From: Haplodiscus bocki
Lineage: Eukaryota
Reading direction: 5' to 3'
NCBI GenBank assembly: GCA_965655095.1
Contig: OZ296658.1
Span: forward strand, 60,574,001-60,638,000
DNA length: 64,000 nt
Below are positions 26,201 to 39,100 of the stretch, piece after piece. Made by a program: the position numbers and the translations under genes. Under the pieces are notes generated by a model that had not been told where the DNA came from, ran no database searches, and saw only the letters and a program-made list of their open reading frames with translations. Position 1 is the stretch's first letter. Every line of letters begins with the position of its first letter.

Positions 26201-29200
26201 GTTGTGAGGCAAAGTAAAATTCAGGTGGCGTTTTAGTGTGTCTGATTTCCAATTAGAATCCATTTGATAAATCGAGCGAGGAATTAATGGACCGCTAGTT
26301 TCCAGTTGGTGAAGTTAATCTCCCAGTTTTAAATTCAGCTTCCACACACGCCATATTGGTTGCTGTAACCCACTATAAAGCACACGGACTTTCTTTGAAA
26401 AAGTTTTTTCGCTTTGGTCTTGGTTGGTCCTTCCAGTGGGCCAGGTTCTGTTTACAAAAAAAGACCTTCGCTTCAAGTTTTGCTGTAGTTCACCAGCGCA
26501 TGCAACTTTTCTTTCGAGCTGTATTTAGTTTTTCCCCTCCTTTCAAGGCCTAGTCTTTTGCCTGCATACTAAATTTGCCTAGACATTGCTCAAGCGTTCA
26601 CGATGTTTTCCATGAAAAGATTACCGTGGCCGGCTTTCCAGCTGGCACTTTTGTTTTAGTTGAACAACAACAGAAACGACACGCTAAAGTTGGTTGCGCT
26701 ACTTCATATTAATGATATACACCTTAGTTGAGTTAACTTTTGTGTACCTGTGAAATCAGTAAGTTTGATAGTACATCTTTACCTTCATTATCAGCAATAC
26801 TTCTCGAGGTTTGCGTTTGTGTTCCCTTGGCGCAAATGTTGCCATGCTCAGCTACGCCTCTGTGTTTTTGTTGTGGTTCAGTTGATTATGAGTCACCACG
26901 TTTGTTTGCATGAGTACGATTTGGAGTCCATTTGATGTCTCGAGCGGGAATATTGTTGCTTGGTTGTTATTAGTTGGTCATTTTTTACCTGCAAAACAGA
27001 GATTTGCTTCCAGATACGCTGTATTTACTAGTGCGATACGGTGCGATACAAAGGAGAAAATTTTTAAATTCATTTGAGCGCTGTTTTTTGGTTAATTGTT
27101 CAAGTTGGTAAGAACACGCCCCAATAGGACGCTTTGCTGTGAGACTCGCACAGTTACACCTGCTTGAGAAAAAAGTCCATCACAGTCGTTTTTCTTTTTT
27201 CCACTCGCTCGCAGCTCGCATTTGTGTTCTCATGCTGAAGTTACTACCTAAATTTTCTCCTTGCATCTTTGATTTCTTGCAATAAAACTGTCACCTGGCC
27301 TAATTGCTAGCTCCTATGCTGGTTTCAGTTAAATAACAGTCGAAATTTTTCCAAAAGTTGTATATTTTTGCACCACACATTTTTTGAACCTGAGACAACA
27401 GAAATCGTGTCAAATTGAGTCTGCAGTAGTTTTGGTAGCACCTCTTCGCCATTCAAAAAGAGATATAGTTGCTCAATATGTTCACTAGTGTGTCGTTGCT
27501 GCAGATATTGCCAGGTTCAGCTTCGCTCGTCGGCCTAAGTTGTGATAAAAGCTATGTTTGACCTACTGTGTGCCCAAGTTCCGATGAGAAACCAACTCGT
27601 TTCACAATCAAGCAAAATTTCAAAATTTGGTTGCTTCTTTTCTGTTGGTTAGCTTATACAGGCAAGTTTTAAATTTGCATCCCGGCACAAGTTTTGATAA
27701 CTGTACTCCACAAAGACGAACTGTTTCTTTTTCAAACATTTTATGCGCCTTCCTGCTGTTTGATTACTTCTATTGGCCAAGTTTTGATCACAAAAAAAGA
27801 GCTTCTTTTTGATATTTGCTCAGAATATACCTTCTGTTGCAAATGTAAAGTCGTTGTTTTTTTCCCTCTTTCACGTTCATTAACAGTTCACATTTGTGTC
27901 TACGTAAAAATTGTTCCTAGATTTTATTCGAACCCCATCAATTTGTTGGAAAAAGTTAATCAGGGAGCGGTTTTTTTAATTTTTCGGCTTTCTTCAATTG
28001 ACTGGCAACAAAAATATTTCCAGATTTTTTCTGCACCTCCCAATAAAATTGTTATACTCCAAAAGAAAATTGAAATCTGTGTAAATATTCACTTGGTTTT
28101 TTGGTAGAATCACTTTCCACATAATATTAGTGGAACTTGTTCGTCATAATCCCAAGTAATCCACTGGAGCGAATGTTGCCAAGCTCAGCGTCAGCTCTGG
28201 GTCTCAGTTGTGGAGCAAAGTAAATATCAAGTGGCTTTTTAGTGTGTCTGATTTCCAATTAGAATCCATTTGATAAATCGAGCGAGGAATTCATGGTCCG
28301 CTAGTTTCGGGTTGGTGAAGTTAACCTCGCAGTTTTAAATTCAGCTTCCACACACGCCATATTGGTTGCTGTAACCCACTATAAAGGACACGGACTTTCT
28401 TTGAAAAAGTTTCCTCGCTTTGGTCTTGGTTGGTCCTTCCAGTGGGCCAGGTTCTGTTTACAAAAAGGACCTTCGCTTCAAGTTTTGCTGTAGTTCACCA
28501 GCGCAGGCAACTTTTCTTTCGAGCTGTTTTTAGTTTTTCCCCTCCTTTCAATGCCTAGTTTTTTGCCTGCATACTAAAGTTGCCTAGACTTTGCTCAAGC
28601 GTTCACGATGTTTTCCATGAAAATATTACCGTGGCTGGTTTTCCAGCTTGCACTTTTGTTTTAGTTGAACAACAACAGAACTGACCGCTGAAGTTGGTTG
28701 CGCTACCTAATATTAAATATACACACCTTGGTTGAGTAAACTTTTGTTTGTTTGTGAAATCTGTAAGTTTGATAGTACATCTTTACCTTCTTTATCAGCA
28801 ATAATTCTCGAGATTTGCGTTCGTGTTCCCTTGGCGCAAATGTTGCCATGCTCAGCTACGCCTCTGGGTCTTTGTTGTGGTTCAGTTGATTATGAGTCAC
28901 ATCGTTTGTTTGCATGAGTACGATTTGGAGTCCGTTTGATGTCTCGAGCGGGAATATTGTTGCTTGGTTGTTATTAGTTGGTCAATTTTTACCTGCAAAA
29001 CTAAGATTTGCTTCCAGATACGCTGTATTGACTAGTGCGATACGGTGCGATACAAAGGAGAAATTTTTAAGCTTCATTTGAGCGCTATTTTTTGGTTAAT
29101 TGTTCAAGTTGGTAAGAGTACGCCCCAATACGACGCCTTGCACTGAGGCTCGCACAATTACACCTGCTTGAGAAAAAAGTCCATCACAGTCGTTTTTCTT

Positions 29201-32200
29201 TTTTCCACGCGCTCCCAGCTCGCATATGTGCTCTCATGCTGAATTTACTACCTTGATTTTGTCCATGCATCTTTGATTTCTGGCAATAAAACTGTCACGT
29301 GGCCTAATTGCTAGCTCTTATGCTGGTTTCAGTTAAATAACAGTCGAAATTTTTCCAAAAGTTGTATATTTTTGCACCACACCTTTTTTGAACCTGAGAC
29401 AACAGAATTAGTGTCAAATTGATTCTTCAGTAGTTTTGGTAGCACCTCTTTGCCATTCAAAAAAAGATATACTTGCTCAATATGTTCACTGCTTTGTCGA
29501 TGGTGCAGATATTGCCAGGTTCCGCTTCGCTTGTCGGTCTAAATTGTGAGAAAAGGTATGTTTGACTTACTGTGTGCCCAAGTTCCGATGAGAAACCAAC
29601 TCATTTCACAATCAATCAAAATTTGGTTGCTTCTTTTCTGTTGGTTAGCTTAGACAGGCAAGTTTTAATTTTTCATCCCGGCACAAGTTTTGATAACTGT
29701 ACTCCACAAAGACGAACTGTTTCTTTTTCAAACATTTTATGCGCCTTCTTGCTGTTTGATTACTTCTATTGGCCAAGTTTTGCTCACAAAAAGAAGAGCT
29801 TCAATTTGATATTCGCTGAGAATATACCTTCTGTGGCAAATGTAAAGTCGTTGTTTTTTTCCCTCTTTCACGTTCATTTACAGTTCACATTTGTGTCTAC
29901 GTAAAAATTGTTCCTAGATTTTATTCGAACCCCATCAATTTGTTGGAAAAAGTTAATCAGGGAGCATTTTTTTTACTTTTTCGGCTTTCTTCAATTGATT
30001 GGCAACAAAAATAATTCCAAATTTTTTCTGCACCTCCCAATACAATTGTTATACTCCAAAAGAAAATTGCAATCTGTGTAAATGTTTACTTGGTTTTTTG
30101 ATAGAATCACTTTCCACATAATATTAGTGGAACTTGCTCGATATAATCACAAGTAATCCACTGGAGCGAATGTTGCCAAGCTCAGCGTCAGCTCTGGGTC
30201 ACAGTTGTGAGGCAAAGTAAATTTCAAGTGGCGTTTTAGTGTGTCTGATTTCCAATTAGAATCCATTTGATAAATCGAGCGAGGAATTAATGGACCGCTA
30301 GTTTCCAGTTGGTGAAGTTAATCGCGCAGTTTTAAATTCAGCTTCCACACACGCCATATTGGTTGCTGTAACCCACTATAAAGCACACGGACTTTCTTTG
30401 AAAAAGTTTTTTCGCTTTGGTCTTGGTTGGTCCTTCCAGTGGGCCAGGTTCTGTTTACAAAAAAAGACCTTCGCTTCAAGTTTTGCTGTAGTTCACCAGC
30501 GCATGCAACTTTTCTTTCGAGCTGTTTTTAGTTTTTCCCCTCCTTTCAAGGCCTAGTCTTTTGCCTGCATAATAAAGTTGCCTAGACTTTGCTCAAGCGT
30601 TCACGATGTTTTCCATGAAAAGATTACCGTAGCTGGTTTTCCAGCTGGCACTTTTGTTTTAGTTGAACAACAACAGAAATGACCGCTAAAGTTGGTTGCG
30701 CTAGCTAATATTAAATATACACACCTTGGTTGAGTAAACTTTTGTTTGTTTGCGAACTCTGTAAGTTTGATAGTACATCTTTACCTTCTTTATCAGCAAT
30801 ACTTCTCGAGATTTGCGCTGGTGTTCCCTTGGCGCAAATGTTGCCATGCTCAGCTACGCCTCTGGGTCTTTGTTGTAGTTCAGTTGATTATGAGTCACAT
30901 CGTTTGTTTGCATGAGTTCCATTTGGAGTCCATTTGATGTCTCGAGCGGGAATAATGTTGCTTGGTTGTTGTTATTTGGTCAATTTTTCCCTGCAAAACT
31001 GAGATTTGCTTCCAGATACGCTGTATTGATTACTGCGATACGGTGCGATACAAAGGAGAAATTTTTTAACTTCATTTGAGCGCTGTTTTTTGGTTAATTG
31101 TTCAAGTTGTTAAGAACACGCCCCAAAAAGACGCTTTGATCTGAGACTCGCACATTTACACCTGCTTGAGAAAAAAGTCCATCACAGTCGTTTTTCTTTT
31201 TTCCACTCACTCCCAGCTGGCATATGTGCTCTCATGCTGAATTTACTACCTAGATTTTGTCCATGCATCTTTAATTTCTTGCAATAAAACTGTCACGTGG
31301 CCTACTTGCTTGCTCTTATGCTGGTTTCAGTTAAATAAGAGTCGAAATTTTTCCAAAAGTTGTATATTTTTGCACCACACATTTTTTGAACCTGAGACAA
31401 CAGAAATGGTGTCAAATTGATTCTTCAGTAGTTTTGGTAGCACCTCTTTGCCATTCAAAATAAGATATAGTTGCTCAATATGTTCACTGCTTTGTCGATG
31501 GTGCAGATATTGCCAGGTTCCGCTTCGCTTGTCGGTCTAAATTGTGAGAAAAGGTATGTTTGACTTACTGTGTGCCCAAGTTCCGATGAGAAACCAACTC
31601 ATTTCACAATCAATCAAAATTTGGTTGCTTCTTTTCTGTTGGTTAGCTTAGACAGGCAAGTTTTAATTTTGCATCCCGGCACAAGTTTTGATAACTGTAC
31701 TCCACAAAGACGAACTGCTTCTTTTTGAAACATTTTATGCGCCTTCTTGCTGTTTGATTACTTCTATTGGCCAAGTTTTTCTCACAAAAAGAAGAGCTTC
31801 AATTTGATATTCGCTGAAAATATACCTTCTGTGGCAAATGTAAAGTCGTTGTTTTTTTCCCTCTTTCACGTTCATTTACAGTTCACATTTGTGTCTACGT
31901 AAAAATTGTTCCTAGATTTTATTCGAACCCCATCAATTTGTTGGAAAAAGTTAATCAGGGAGCATTTTTTTTTACTTTTTCGGCTTTCTTCAATTGATTG
32001 GCAACAAAAATAATTCCAAATTTTTTCTGCACCTCCCAATACAATTGTTATACTCCAAAAGAAAATTGCAATCTGTGTAAATGTTTACTTGGTTTTTTGA
32101 TAGAATCACTTTCCACATAATATTAGTGGAACTTGCTCGATATAATCACAAGTAATCCACTGGAGCGAATGTTGCCAAGCTCAGCGTCAGCTCTGGGTCT

Positions 32201-35200
32201 CAGTTGTGAGGCAAAGTAAACTTCAAGTGGCGTTTTAGTGTGTCTGATTTCCAATTAGAATCCATTTGATAAATCGAGCGAGGAATTAATGGACGGCTAG
32301 TTTCCAGCTGGTGAAGTTAATCTCGCAGTTTTAAAATCAGCTTCCACACACGCCATTTTGGTTGCTGTAACCCACTATAAAGCACACGGACTTTCTTTGA
32401 AAAAGTTTTTTCGCTTTGGTCTTGGTTGGTCCTTTCAGTGGGCCAGGTTCTGTTTAGAAAAAAAGACCTTCGCTTCAAGTTTTGCTGTAGTTCACCAGCG
32501 CATTCAACTTTTCTTTCGAGCTGTTTTTAGTTTTTCCCCTCCTTTCAAGGCCTAGTCTTTTGCCTGCATACTAAAGTTGCCTAGACTTTGCTCAAGCGTT
32601 CACGATGTTTTCCTTGAAAAGATTACCGTGGCTGGTTTTCCAGCTGGCACTTTTGTTTTAGTTGAACAACAACAGAAACGACACGCTAAAGTTGGTTGCG
32701 CTACTTCATATTAAATATATACACCTTAGTTGAGTAAACTTTTGTGTACTTGTGAAATCAGTAAGTTTGATAGTACATCTTTACCTTCATTATCAGCAAT
32801 ACTTCTCGAGATTTGCGCTAGTGTTCCCTTGGCGCATATGTCGCCATGCTCAGCAACGCCTCTGAGTCTTTGTTGTTGTTCAGTTGATTATGTGTCATAT
32901 CATTTGTTTGCATGAGTTCCATTTGGAGTCCATTTGATGTCTCGAGCGGGAATAATGTTGCTTCGTTGTTATTATTTGGTCAATTTTTCCCTGCAAAACT
33001 GAAATTTGCTTCCAGATACGCTGTATTGATTACTGCGATACGGTGCGATACAAAAGAGAAATTTTTTAACTTCATTTGAGCGCTGTTTTTTGTTTAATTG
33101 TTCAAGTTGTTAAGAACACGCCCCAAAAAGACGCTTTGCTCTGAGACTCGCACATTTACACCTGCTTGAGAAAAAAGTCCATCACAGTCGTTTTTCTTTT
33201 TTCCACTCACTCCCAGCTCGCATATGTGCTCTCATGCTGAATTTACTACCTAGATTTTGTCCATGCATCTTTGATTTCTTGCAATAAAACTGTCACGTGG
33301 CCTAATTGCTAGCTCTTATGCTGGTTTCAGTTAAATAACAGTCGATATTTTTCCAAAAGTTGTATATTTTTGCACCACACATTTTTTGAACCTGAGACAA
33401 CAGAAATCACGTCAAATTGATTCTTCAGTGGTTTTGGTAGCACCTCTTCGCCATTCGAAATAAGATATAGTTGCTCAATATGTTCACTGCTTTGTCGATG
33501 GTTCAGGTATTGCCAGGTTCCGCTTCGCTTGTCGGTCTAAATTGTGAGAAAAGGTATGTTTGACTTACTGTGTGCCCAAGTTCCGATGAGAAACCGACTC
33601 ATTTCACAATCAACCAAAATTTGGTTGGTTCTTTTCTGTTGGTTAGCTTAGACAGGCAAGTTTTAATTTTGCATCCCGGCACAAGTTTTGATAACTGTAC
33701 TCCACAAAGACGAACTGTTTCTTTTTCAAACATTTTATGCGCCTTCTTGCTGTTTGATTACTTCTATTGGCCAAGTTTTTCTCACAAAAAGAAGAGCTTC
33801 AATTTGATATTCGCTGAAAATATACCTTCTGTGGCAAATGTAAAGTCGTTGTTTTTTTCCCTCTTTCACGTTCATTAACAGTTCACATTTGTGTCTACGT
33901 AAAAATTGTTCCTAGATTTTACTCGAACCCCATCAATTTGTTGGAAAAAGTTAATCAGGGAGCATTTTTTTTACTTTTTCGGCTTTCTTCAATTGATTGG
34001 CAACAAAAATATTTCCAAATTTTTTCTGCACCTCCCAATACAATTGTTATACTCCAAAAGAAAATTGCAATCTGTGTAAATGTTTACTTGGTTTTTTGAT
34101 AGAATCACTTTCCACATAATATTAGTGGAACTTGCTCGATATAATCACAAGTAATCCACTGGAGCGAATGTTGCCAAGCTCAGCGTCAGCTCTGGGTCTC
34201 AGTTGTGAGGCAAAGTAAACTTCAAGTGGCGTTTTAGTGTGTCTGATTTCCAATTAGAATCCATATGATAAATCGAGCGAGGAATTAATGGACGGCTAGT
34301 TTCCAGTTGGTGAAGTTAATCTCGCAGTTTTAAATTCAGCTTCCACACACGCCATATTGGTTGCTGTAACCCACTATAAAGCACACGGACTTTCTTTGAA
34401 AAAGTTTTTTCGCTTTGGTCTTGGTTGGTCCTTTCAGTGGGCCAGGTTCTGTTTAGAAAAAAAGACCTTCGCATCAAGTTTTGCTGTAGTTCACCAGCGC
34501 ATTCAACTTTTCTTTCGAGCTGTTTTTAGTTATTCCCCTCCTTTCAAGGCCTAGTCTTTTGCCTGCATACTAAAGTTGCCTAGACTTTGCTCAAGCGTTC
34601 ACGATGTTTTCCATGAAAACATTACCGTGGCTGTATTTCCAGCTTGCACTTTTGTTTTAGGTGAACAACAACAGAATTGACCGCTAAAGTTGGTTGCGCT
34701 ACCTAATTTTAAATATACACACCTTGGTTGGGTAAACTTTTGTTTGTTTTTGAAATCTGTAAGTTTGATAGTATGTTTTTACCTTCTTTATCAGCAATAC
34801 TTCTCCAGATTTGCGCTGGTGTTCCCTTGGTGCAAATGTTGCCATGCTCAGCTACGCCTCTGGGTCTTTGTTGTGGTCAGTTGATTATGAGTCACATCGT
34901 TTGTTTGCATGAGTTCCATTTGGAGTCCATTTGATGTCTCGAGCTGGAAAAATAATGCTTGGTTGTTTTTAGTTGGTCAATTTTTACCTGCAAAACTGAG
35001 ATTTGCTTCCAGATACGCTGTATTGATTACTGCGATACGGTGCGATACAAAGGAGAAATTTTTTAACTTCATTTGAGCGCTGTTTTTTGGTTAATTGTTC
35101 AAGTTGTTAAGAACACGCCCCAAAAAGACGCTTTGATCTGAGACTCGCACATTTACACCTGCTTGAGAAAAAAGTCCATCACAGTCGTTTTTCTTTTTTC

Positions 35201-35843
35201 CACTCACTCCCAGCTCGCATATGTGCTCTCATGCTGAATTTACTACCTAGATTTTGTCCATGCATCTTTGATTTCTTGCAATAAAACTGTCACGTGGCCT
35301 AATTGCTAGCTCTTATGCTGGTTTCAGTTAAATAACAGTCGAAATTTTTCCAAAAGTTGTATATTTTTGCACCACACATTTTTTGAACCTGAGACAACAG
35401 AAATCGTGTCAAATTGATTCTTCAGTAGTTTTGGTAGCACCTCTTCGCCATTCGAAATAAGATATAGTTGCTCAATATGTTCACTGCTTTGTCGATGGTT
35501 CAGGTATTGCCAGGTTCCGCTTCGCTTGTCGGTCTAAATTGTGAGAAAAGGTATGTTTGACTTACTGTGTTCCCAAGTTCCGATGAGAAACCGACACATT
35601 TCACAATCAACCAAAATTTGGTTGGTTCTTTTCTTTTGGTTAGCTTAGACAGGCAATTTATATTTTTATATCCCGGCACAAGTTTTGATAACTGTACTCC
35701 ACAAAGACGAACTGCTTCTTTTTGAAACATTTTATGCGCCTTCTTGCTGTTTGATTACTTCTATTGGCCAAGTTTTGCTCATAAAACGAAGAGCTTCAAT
35801 TTGATATTCGCTGAGAATATACTTTCTGTGGCAAATGTAAAGT

Positions 35844-36181
35844 AGTTGTTCTTTTCCCTCTTTCACGTTCACTTACAGTTCACATTTGTGTCTACGTAAA
35901 AATTGTTCCTAGATTTTAATAGAACCCCATCTACTTGTTGGAAAAACTTAATCACGGGGCGTTTTTTCAAACTTTCGGCTTTCTTCAATTGATTGTCGAC
36001 AAAATTCATTCCAGATTTGTTCTGCATCTCCCAATACACTTGTTTTAATCCAAAAGTAAATTGAATTTTGTGTAATTGTTTACTTAGTTTTTTGGTAGAA
36101 TCACTTTCCCCATAACATTAGTTGAACTTGCTCGATAAAATCACAAGTAATCCACTGTCACGGATGTTGCCAAGCTCAGCT
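35844..36181. other. Patch identical to 7883-8220 (candidate long-range gene-conversion tract)
   Basis: Shares all distinctive variants of the unit near 8 kb (TTTTAATAGAACCCCATCTACTT, AAAACTTAATCACGGGG, GTCGACAAAATTCATTCC, CTGTCACGGATG, CTCAGCTTCAGC). The otherwise near-identical sister unit at 37.8-38.2 kb lacks them. Confidence 0.85.
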
Positions 36182-39100
36182 TCAGCTCTGGGTCTCAGTT
36201 GTGGAGCAAAGTAAACATCAAGTGGCTTTTTAGTGTGTCTGATTTCCAATTAGAATCCATTTGATAAATAGAGCGAGGAATTAATGGTCCGCTAGTTTCG
36301 AGTTGGTGAAGTTAACCTCGCAGTTTTAATTTCAGCTTCCACACACGCCATATTGGTTGCTGTAACCCACTAAAAAGCACACGGACTTTCTTTGAAAAAA
36401 TTTCCTCGCTTTGGTCTTGGTTGGTCCTTCCAGTGGGCCAGGTTCTGTTTACAAAAAAAAGACCTTCGCTTCAAGTTTTGCTGTAGTTCACCAACGCAGG
36501 CAACTTTTCTTTCGAGCTGTTTTTAGTTTTTCCCTCCTTTCAAGGCCTAGTCTTTTGCCTGCATACTAAAGTTGCCTAGAGTTTGCTCAAGCGTTCACGA
36601 TGTTTTCCATGAAAAGATTACCGTGGTTGGTTTTCCAGCTGGCACTTTTGTTTTAGTTGAACAACAACAGAAACGACACGCTAAAGTTGGTTGCGCTACT
36701 TCATATTAAATATATACACCTTAGTTGAGTAAACTTTTGTTTGTTTTTGAAATCTGTAAGTTTGATAGTATGTTTTTACCTTCTTTATCAGCAATACTTC
36801 TCGAGATTTGCGCTGGTGTTCCCTTGGCGCAAATGTTGCCATGCTCAGCTACGCCTCTGGGTCTTTGTTGTGGTTCAGTTGATTATGAGTCACATCGTTT
36901 GTTTGCATGAGTTCCATTTGGAGTCCATTTGATGTCTCGAGCTGGAAAAATAATGCTTGGTTGTTTTTAGTTGGTCAATTTTTACCTGCAAAACTGAGAT
37001 TTGCTTCCAGATACGCTGTATTGATTACTGCGATACGGTGCGATACAAAGGAGAAATTTTTTAACTTCATTTGAGCGCTGTTTTTTGGTTAATTGTTCAA
37101 GTTGTTAAGAACACGCCCCAAAAAGACGCTTTGATCTGAGACTCGCACATTTACACCTGCTTGAGAAAAAAGTCCATCACAGTCGTTTTTCTTTTTTCCA
37201 CTCACTCCCAGCTCGCATATGTGCTCTCATGCTGAATTTACTACCTAGATTTTGTCCATGCATCTTTGATTTCTTGCAATAAAACTGTCACGTGGCCTAA
37301 TTGCTAGCTCTTATGCTGGTTTCAGTTAAATAACAGTCGAAATTTTTCCAAAAGTTGTATATTTTTGCACCACACATTTTTTGAACCTGAGACAACAGAA
37401 ATCGTGTCAAATTGATTCTTCAGTAGTTTTGGTAGCACCTCTTCGCCATTCGAAATAAGATATAGTTGCTCAATATGTTCACTGCTTTGTCGATGGTTCA
37501 GGTATTGCCAGGTTCCGCTTCGCTTGTCGGTCTAAATTGTGAGAAAAGGTATGTTTGACTTACTGTGTTCCCAAGTTCCGATGAGAAACCGACACATTTC
37601 ACAATCAACCAAAATTTGGTTGGTTCTTTTCTTTTGGTTAGCTTAGACAGGCAATTTATATTTTTATATCCCGGCAAAAGTTTTGATAACTGTACTCCAC
37701 AAAGACGAACTGCTTCTTTTTGAAACATTTTATGCGCCTTCTTGCTGTTTGATTACTTCTATTGGCCAAGTTTTGCTCATAAAACGAAGAGCTTCAATTT
37801 GATATTCGCTGAGAATATACTTTCTGTGGCAAATGTAAAGTCGTTGTTTTTTTCCCTCTTTCACGTTCATTTACAGTTCACATTTGTGTCTACGTAAAAA
37901 TTGTTCCTAGATTTTATTCGAACCCCATCAATTTGTTGGAAAAAGTTAATCAGGGAGCATTTTTTTTACTTTTTCGGCTTTCTTCAATTGATTGGCAACA
38001 AAAATAATTCCAAATTTTTTCTGCACCTCCCAATACAATTGTTATACTCCAAAAGAAAATTGAAATCTGTGTAAATGTTTACTTGATTTTTTGATAGAAT
38101 CACTTTCCACATAATATTAGTGGAACTTGCTCGATATAATCACAAGTAATCCACTGGAGCGAATGTTGCCAAGCTCAGCGTCAGCTCTGGGTCTCAGTTG
38201 TGGAGCAAAGTAAACATCAAGTGGCTTTTTAGTGTGTCTGATTTCCAATTAGAATCCATTTGATAAATAGAGCGAGGAATTAATGGTCCGCTAGTTTCGA
38301 GTTGGTGAAGTTAACCTCGCAGTTTTAATTTCAGCTTCCACACACGCCATATTGGTTGCTGTAACCCACTAAAAAGCACACGGACTTTCTTTGAAAAAAT
38401 TTCCTCGCTTTGGTCTTGGTTGGTCCTTCCAGTGGGCCAGGTTCTGTTTACAAAAAAAAGACCTTCGCTTCAAGTTTTGCTGTAGTTCACCAACGCAGGC
38501 AACTTTTCTTTCGAGCTGTTTTTAGTTTTTCCCCTCCTTTCAAGGCCTAGTCTTTTGCCTGCATACTAAAGTTGCCTAGAGTTTGCTCAAGCGTTCACGA
38601 TGTTTTCCATGAAAAGATTACCGTGGTTGGTTTTCCAGCTGGCACTTTTGTTTTAGTTGAACAACAACAGAAACGACACGCTAAAGTTGGTTGCGCTACT
38701 TCATATTAAATATATACACCTTAGTTGAGTAAACTTTTGTGTACTTGTGAAATCAGTAAGTTTGATAGTACATCTTTACCTTCATTATCAGCAATACTTC
38801 TCGAGATTTGCGCTAGTGTTCCCTTAGCGCATATGTTGCCATGCTTAGCTACGACTCTGGGTCTTTGTTGTGGTTCAGTTGAAAATGATTTACATCTTTT
38901 GTTTGGATGATTTTCATTTGGAGTCCATTTGATGTCTCGAGCGGGAAAATTGTTGCTTGGTTGTTTTTAGTTGGTCAAATTCTACCTGCGAAACTGAGAT
39001 TTTCTCCTGACACGCTGTATTGATTGCTGCGATACGTTGAGACGCAGAGAAGAGTTTTGTTTAACTACATTTGAGCGCTGTTTTGTTGGTTAACTGATCA

